DNA of 64,000 bases from Pseudomonadota bacterium (GTDB lineage: Bacteria; Bdellovibrionota; Bdellovibrionia; Bdellovibrionales; Bdellovibrionaceae): NCBI GenBank assembly GCA_041178425.1, contig JBEGVH010000030.1:233137-297136 (forward strand). The letters run 5' to 3'. Positions 59,558-64,000 of this stretch are shown here, piece after piece. The position numbers and the translations under genes were made by a program. The stretch's first letter is position 1. Every line of letters begins with the position of its first letter. The notes under the pieces are model-generated. The model was not told the origin of the DNA and did no database searches. It saw only the letters and a list, made by a program, of their open reading frames with translations.

Positions 59558-59580
59558 GAGTGTCTCAGTTTGATACACTC
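59558..59580. promoter_or_regulatory. Palindromic candidate regulator site
   Basis: GAGTGTCTCA-GTT-TGATACACTC (10-bp arms, 1 mismatch); related half-sites at 54715-54724 and 51687-51693. Confidence 0.5.
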
Positions 59581-59630
59581 GCCCCCCCCTCGAATCAAAC
59601 TCACGCCAAGGTTACAACTGAGAAGCACTC

Positions 59631-59774
59631 GAGCTGGGACTGGCTTCGAGAGGCAAAGAACTGAGGGCTCCAACGAGCGTGACGCGTTGGCCGGGCCCAG
59701 CGGGGCCGGCCACGTCGGCGAGGCCATGGAATGGCCGCCCCGAAGTATTTGCCTCTCGAAGCCATTCCCAGCTC
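59631..59774. repeat. Palindromic element, copy B
   Basis: Arms 59631-59657 / 59748-59774 (27 bp, 1 mismatch); core 59656-59745 is a reverse-complement homolog of 6301-6392. Confidence 0.9.
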
Positions 59775-59798
59775 AAGCGACCTTCGAATCAAAAGCCC

Positions 59799-61064
59799 CT
59801 ATATTTTCTTCGGAGTGCGCAAGCCAATGTCAGAGCGTTTTTGAAGCCCTTTCCACGCGACGTGATTGGCTTGCTCGTAGGCATTCGTGCGCGCTTCGTC
59901 TTTGGTAGAGCCGATTCCTATAGCACACATCACACGTCCGCCAGCCGTAACCCATTGGCCGTCGTCTGTGCGACGAGTGCCTGCATGAAGAAAGTAAGAA
60001 GAATGGCTTTGATGAGCGAGCTCTCCCGTTATAATCACGCCTTTTTCAGGACTGTCTGGATAACCCGGAGCCGCTAAAACAATACAGGCGCTGAAGATTT
60101 GTTTCCACGTAAGCTCCGACAAATGCCCTTGAGCCAGTTGAAAAAACACCTGGCCCCAGTCACCTTTCAACAACGGTAACACCACCTGGGTTTCGGGATC
60201 GCCCATGCGACAGTTATACTCGAGAAGTTGTGGACCATCGTTGGTTACCATAAGGCCTAAAAAGATTACCCCTCGATAAAACATTCCACGAGATTGTAGC
60301 CCCTTCAACGAAGGCTCAATAATTCTTGTTTTTATTTGCTCCGAGAGCTCTGGAGAAATACCCATTGGGGCAATCGTACCCATGCCGCCAGTGTTAGGCC
60401 CCTGATCACCATCGTTGAGTTGCTTGTGATCTTGAGCCAGTGGTAAAAGTTGGTACTCACTGCCATTCGTTAACAACAACAAACTCAATTCATCTCCAGG
60501 GAGAAACTGTTCGAGAAGAGCCTTTTCGCTTGCTGAACCAAACAATTTTTGTTCAAAGAACTGATTAGCAACTGAGCGCAGCTGCTCGATGTCTTTACAA
60601 AGCACCACGCCTTTTCCTGCCGCCAAACCATCGGCCTTTAAAACATACGGTGGAGTAAAAGCATTTGCCGCACGCAGCGTTTCTTCGACAGAGCGAACCG
60701 TGGTAGCACGGGCTGTGGCCACGCCAAACTCTTGCATGAATTCTTTGGCAAAAACCTTACTGCCCTCTAATTGAGCCGCCGCTTTTGACGGCCCAACCAC
60801 GAGAATTCCTTGATCACGAAGAAAATCACTCAAGCCCATCACCAGTGGATCTTCGGGTCCAATCACCACCACATTGATGCTAAACTGGCGGCAAAAATCA
60901 GAGATCGAAGAAAAGTTCTTCCAGTCGAGAGAGTGACATAGAATCTCAGACGCCATTCCAGGGTTTCCAGGAATCGCGTGAATCTCTTTTACGCTCGGAG
61001 AATTTCTAAGAGCACGAACGATGGCGTGCTCTCGCCCGCCTTGACCAATTACTAAAAAGTTCAT
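59799..61064 (-). CDS. purD: Phosphoribosylamine--glycine ligase
   Basis: GGREHA, GPEDPL, LEGSK, KADGLAAGKGV, QDHK...GPNTGGMG, GDPETQ. Confidence 0.98.
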   Translation of the reverse strand: MNFLVIGQGGREHAIVRALRNSPSVKEIHAIPGNPGMASEILCHSLDWKNFSSISDFCRQFSINVVVIGPEDPLVMGLSDFLRDQGILVVGPSKAAAQLEGSKVFAKEFMQEFGVATARATTVRSVEETLRAANAFTPPYVLKADGLAAGKGVVLCKDIEQLRSVANQFFEQKLFGSASEKALLEQFLPGDELSLLLLTNGSEYQLLPLAQDHKQLNDGDQGPNTGGMGTIAPMGISPELSEQIKTRIIEPSLKGLQSRGMFYRGVIFLGLMVTNDGPQLLEYNCRMGDPETQVVLPLLKGDWGQVFFQLAQGHLSELTWKQIFSACIVLAAPGYPDSPEKGVIITGELAHQSHSSYFLHAGTRRTDDGQWVTAGGRVMCAIGIGSTKDEARTNAYEQANHVAWKGLQKRSDIGLRTPKKI

Positions 61065-61204
61065 GAATACGACTCACTTTGACAAAGTTTTGCTAATTTT
61101 CAGTCAATACCGAGATTTTTATAGAATCTCTGAACTATCAAAGGCAAACTTTTTTGGATAGCAAATACGACAAATATAGGCGACTTCATGGAGAGGAAGA
61201 ACTT

Positions 61205-61981
61205 ATGGCAGAGCAAAACCTAAACCTGCGCGAAAGAACCACGGTCATTACTGGCCCCCTCACAAACCTTACACAAAATATCGCAAGTCTCTTTGCTCAA
61301 AACGGATCAGACATCGTTTTTATCGATAAAAATGCAGATGCCTGCCAAAGAATGGCTGGAGTTATTAACGACCAGCGCGAGATAAACGAAAAATTTGGCC
61401 GTGCCACCGCGATAAAATGTAATTTTGATTCACCCAAAGCCTGCCAAGAAGCCCTCAATAGTGCAGCTCACACCTTTGGGAGCATCGACATTTACATCGA
61501 CACCCTTTTTGGCGCAGGCCCCGCTCCCATTCGCAGCGAGAGTGCAATTGCAACTTTTGATGAGCTAATTGCTACCGAAGTAAAACCTAGCTTCTATTTT
61601 GCCCAGCAGGTAGTTCACTTTTTGAAAACCCGAAAACGCGGCCGCTTGGTTTTTGTCGTACCTGACTCTGCCGCCCATGGCTCAGCCCTCGATACTACAC
61701 ATTCTCTTTTGCGAGGTGGGCTTATGTCCTTTGCTAAAAGCTTGAGTTTAGAACTTGCTGACCAATCAACCACTTCGAATGTGCTCTGTGTGGGCCCCAC
61801 TGAGGAATACCTTCTGCAGCACTTTCCAGAGGCTGGCTCTGCCAAGGCCGCCCTCGAAAAACTCAAATTGAGCAATCCGCAGGCTAAGATCGTTAATTCC
61901 GAATCAGTATCTGGAACTCTGCTGTATCTGTGCAGCACGATGGGTAATGCCATCAACGGTCAAACTCTCACCTTGCTTTAA
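61205..61981 (+). CDS. Atypical SDR-family oxidoreductase
   Basis: VITG, FGSID, SLELA...SNVLCVG, INGQTL; lacks canonical GxxxGxG and YxxxK. Confidence 0.75.
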   Translation: MAEQNLNLRERTTVITGPLTNLTQNIASLFAQNGSDIVFIDKNADACQRMAGVINDQREINEKFGRATAIKCNFDSPKACQEALNSAAHTFGSIDIYIDTLFGAGPAPIRSESAIATFDELIATEVKPSFYFAQQVVHFLKTRKRGRLVFVVPDSAAHGSALDTTHSLLRGGLMSFAKSLSLELADQSTTSNVLCVGPTEEYLLQHFPEAGSAKAALEKLKLSNPQAKIVNSESVSGTLLYLCSTMGNAINGQTLTLL

Positions 61982-62082
61982 ATTCATTGCCACAAGAAGA
62001 ATCCATGTTTTTATGAATTCTTCTTGCCTACTTTTAAAGCCATTGATACCCCTCACCTTTAGATTTTTTAATGGGGGTTTCA

Positions 62083-63684
62083 ATGTTAAAAAAGCTTATT
62101 CTCGCCGCGGCCCTAAGCCTCGGATTCGCGTCAACGGCACTAGGTCTTACAGAGACTCAAAAGCTCGCTGATTTTCACCAACTCACCAGCCTTATCGAGG
62201 CTCAATATGGCCCGAAGCTCTATAAGCAAGAGCATATGGGCATTAGCCTTGAGTCGTTAAAAAAATCTTACGAAGAACAAATAACTCAAACGAAAACCAA
62301 TGGAGAGTTTTATTACCTCATGGTTCGCTTTGTGGCTGAATTTAAAGATGGTCATTTTGGAGTGACCGTTCCAACCGAAAAAGTATCTTCTCTAGGATTT
62401 ACAACTGACTACATCGACGGCAAAGTATTGATCGATGAGGTTGATAAAAAAGCCCTTCCTAACTTTGAATTTCAACGTGGCGATGAAATTGTCACCCTTA
62501 ATAAGTTGCCTATTGAAGTCGAACTCAATGCCATTAAACCTTACATCTCCAACGGCAATGACCTCAGCATCACTCGTATTGCTGCCATCACTCTGAGCCG
62601 TCGCAGAGCCGCTCGCTTGCCAGCACCAACGGGTTCGGTAGAGCTTGGCATCCGTCACGGCAACTCTGATATCATCGACACTGTCACACTTGAGTGGAAA
62701 CAAACCGGCAAAGGCCTTGATGAAGAGGACGGCTTTTTTCCAAAAAGCCTTAACAAGCTAACCTATGGAACCAACTACTCTCAAATCTCGATCAAAGATT
62801 TGATGGCAGATCTTAAGCACCCAAAATTGAAATCCATTCGTTGCTCCGGCGAAACCCGTATTGAGATTCCTCAAGACGCTACCGTTCTCACCATGGAGCC
62901 TTTTGTTTCGTACTATCACCCTACCGACAAAGGAAACATCGGCTACCTTCGTATTCCCCACTACCACTGGGAAGAAGCGGGTGAGAGCATCAATGCACAG
63001 ATTTTTGCCCAGTATGTTTACGTCATTGATCAGCTAGAAAAAAACACGGTGGGCCTTGTCATTGACCAAGATCACAATTGCGGTGGTAGTGTTGAGTTGG
63101 TCGAACAAATGGCTTCGATCTTTATTCCGAAAACATACCCTGGTCTTGAATTTCAATTGCTCGCAAGCAAGACCGAGTACCTGCAGTTCAAAGGTTGGCT
63201 CAGAGAGTACCCTGAAAACACCTTCGACCACGTTGGCACACAAGAGGCTCTCGACCTGATTTTGAACTCTTGGAAAAAAGGTGATTACCTCACTCCAAAA
63301 TCAACGCTTCATGGAAGTGTTCCAGTACGCCCCTACCACTACCAATACACAAAACCCATAGTTCTTTTGACGGACGAAATGTCAGGCTCAGGTGGCGATG
63401 CGTTCCCAGGTTTGTTGCAAGGGCATGGGCGCGCAAAAGTGATTGGTAACCGTACAATGGGGCTTGGTGGTCACGTTGAGGAAGTACCAGCTCTTTACAA
63501 TTCTGGTTTGAACTTGCGTATGACGAAGTCACTTTTTTATCGCCCTGATGGGGTTGCGATTGAAAACAACGGTGTACAACCCGACGTAAAATATGTTCCA
63601 ACTCGCGATGACTTTATGTATGGATTTAAGAACTATCAAAAGTTCTACTTGAACGAATTGTTCAAATTGATCGAACAAAAATAA
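62083..63684 (+). CDS. Secreted S41 peptidase, CPAF-like
   Basis: Signal peptide; YGP..YK, KDGHFGV, IGYLRIP, DQDHNCGG, KPIVLLTDEMSGSGGD, TMGLGG, IENNGV. Confidence 0.88.
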   Translation: MLKKLILAAALSLGFASTALGLTETQKLADFHQLTSLIEAQYGPKLYKQEHMGISLESLKKSYEEQITQTKTNGEFYYLMVRFVAEFKDGHFGVTVPTEKVSSLGFTTDYIDGKVLIDEVDKKALPNFEFQRGDEIVTLNKLPIEVELNAIKPYISNGNDLSITRIAAITLSRRRAARLPAPTGSVELGIRHGNSDIIDTVTLEWKQTGKGLDEEDGFFPKSLNKLTYGTNYSQISIKDLMADLKHPKLKSIRCSGETRIEIPQDATVLTMEPFVSYYHPTDKGNIGYLRIPHYHWEEAGESINAQIFAQYVYVIDQLEKNTVGLVIDQDHNCGGSVELVEQMASIFIPKTYPGLEFQLLASKTEYLQFKGWLREYPENTFDHVGTQEALDLILNSWKKGDYLTPKSTLHGSVPVRPYHYQYTKPIVLLTDEMSGSGGDAFPGLLQGHGRAKVIGNRTMGLGGHVEEVPALYNSGLNLRMTKSLFYRPDGVAIENNGVQPDVKYVPTRDDFMYGFKNYQKFYLNELFKLIEQK

Positions 63685-63700
63685 ATATATTCTCCAATTG

Positions 63701-63730
63701 AAAAAGCCCCGCACCACCGGGGCTTTTTTG
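63701..63730. terminator. Bidirectional intrinsic terminator
   Basis: AAAAAGCCCCG-CACCAC-CGGGGCTTTTTT. Confidence 0.88.
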
Positions 63731-63770
63731 TTTTAGCTCGTTCTCATCTGTTTTAGCAAATAGGCCTTAT

Positions 63771-64000
63771 TCACTTTTTCGTTAGTGCCGTCTTCGACTC
63801 TAGGCTCCTGTACTTAAAGTACAAGTCGTACATCGGAAGTGTCTTCTTGTTCGTTAACACCACCTCAGAGCGATAACGCGACTGGTTGCCGTACTGATCT
63901 TCTTTCACGTAGTTCTTATCGTAACCAAGTTTGATCTCTTTGATCTTCATTTGCTTCAAAGTGAGAAGCTCGCCCTTTTGGACCTTACCGTCGAGGTTCT
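63771..64000 (-). CDS. 3' end of a hypothetical protein continuing beyond the window
   Basis: Open frame ...GYDKNYVKEDQYGNQSRYRSEV...MYDLYF ending before the terminator. Confidence 0.6.
   Translation of the reverse strand, partial: NLDGKVQKGELLTLKQMKIKEIKLGYDKNYVKEDQYGNQSRYRSEVVLTNKKTLPMYDLYFKYRSLESKTALTKK

Noticed and set aside
56553..59800. Integrated island or prophage at tRNA-Ser
   Set aside because: GT4 and MNT-HEPN follow the tRNA, but I found no integrase and no duplicated tRNA 3' end.
59326..60077. Short ORFs around element copy B
   Set aside because: Shadow frames of the repeat, purD and the secreted protein gene.

Overview
Chromosomal segment of a Bdellovibrionales-like predatory bacterium. 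This assignment is inferred from gene content: paralogous short flagellins, an FQNC lipoprotein, a TYQGRI-type fibre protein, a Tad-domain protein, a CPAF-like protease, and no dxr in the frr-uppS-cdsA-rseP block. Core genes are recN (3' part), two flagellins, lpxH-ftsZ-ftsA-ftsQ-murC-murG-ftsW, nadA, lpoB/COG3014, radC-like, pgeF-rluD, tsaB-rseP-cdsA-uppS-frr-pyrH-tsf-rpsB, msrBA, priA, galU, nagZ, tRNA-Ser(GGA) and purD, interspersed with secreted hypothetical proteins. Main unexplained signals: (1) The leaders of the two tandem flagellins are complementary to each other. The predicted 5' end of the sigma70-type upstream flagellin transcript matches 15/15 (20/21 with one bulge) a stem-loop in the long, anti-SD-containing leader of the sigma28-type downstream flagellin, a candidate paralog-to-paralog antisense switch or inversion site. 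(2) A dispersed GC-rich element occurs twice with a conserved ~90 bp core but unrelated long inverted-repeat arms, and a third element has similar architecture. (3) A Tad-domain gene is followed by two Cys/Gly-rich secreted proteins sharing a C-terminal motif. (4) An orphan multidomain DUF4123-like protein. (5) A 45-aa basic ORF missed by the ORF track. All calls come from reading the sequence by eye; no searches were run.
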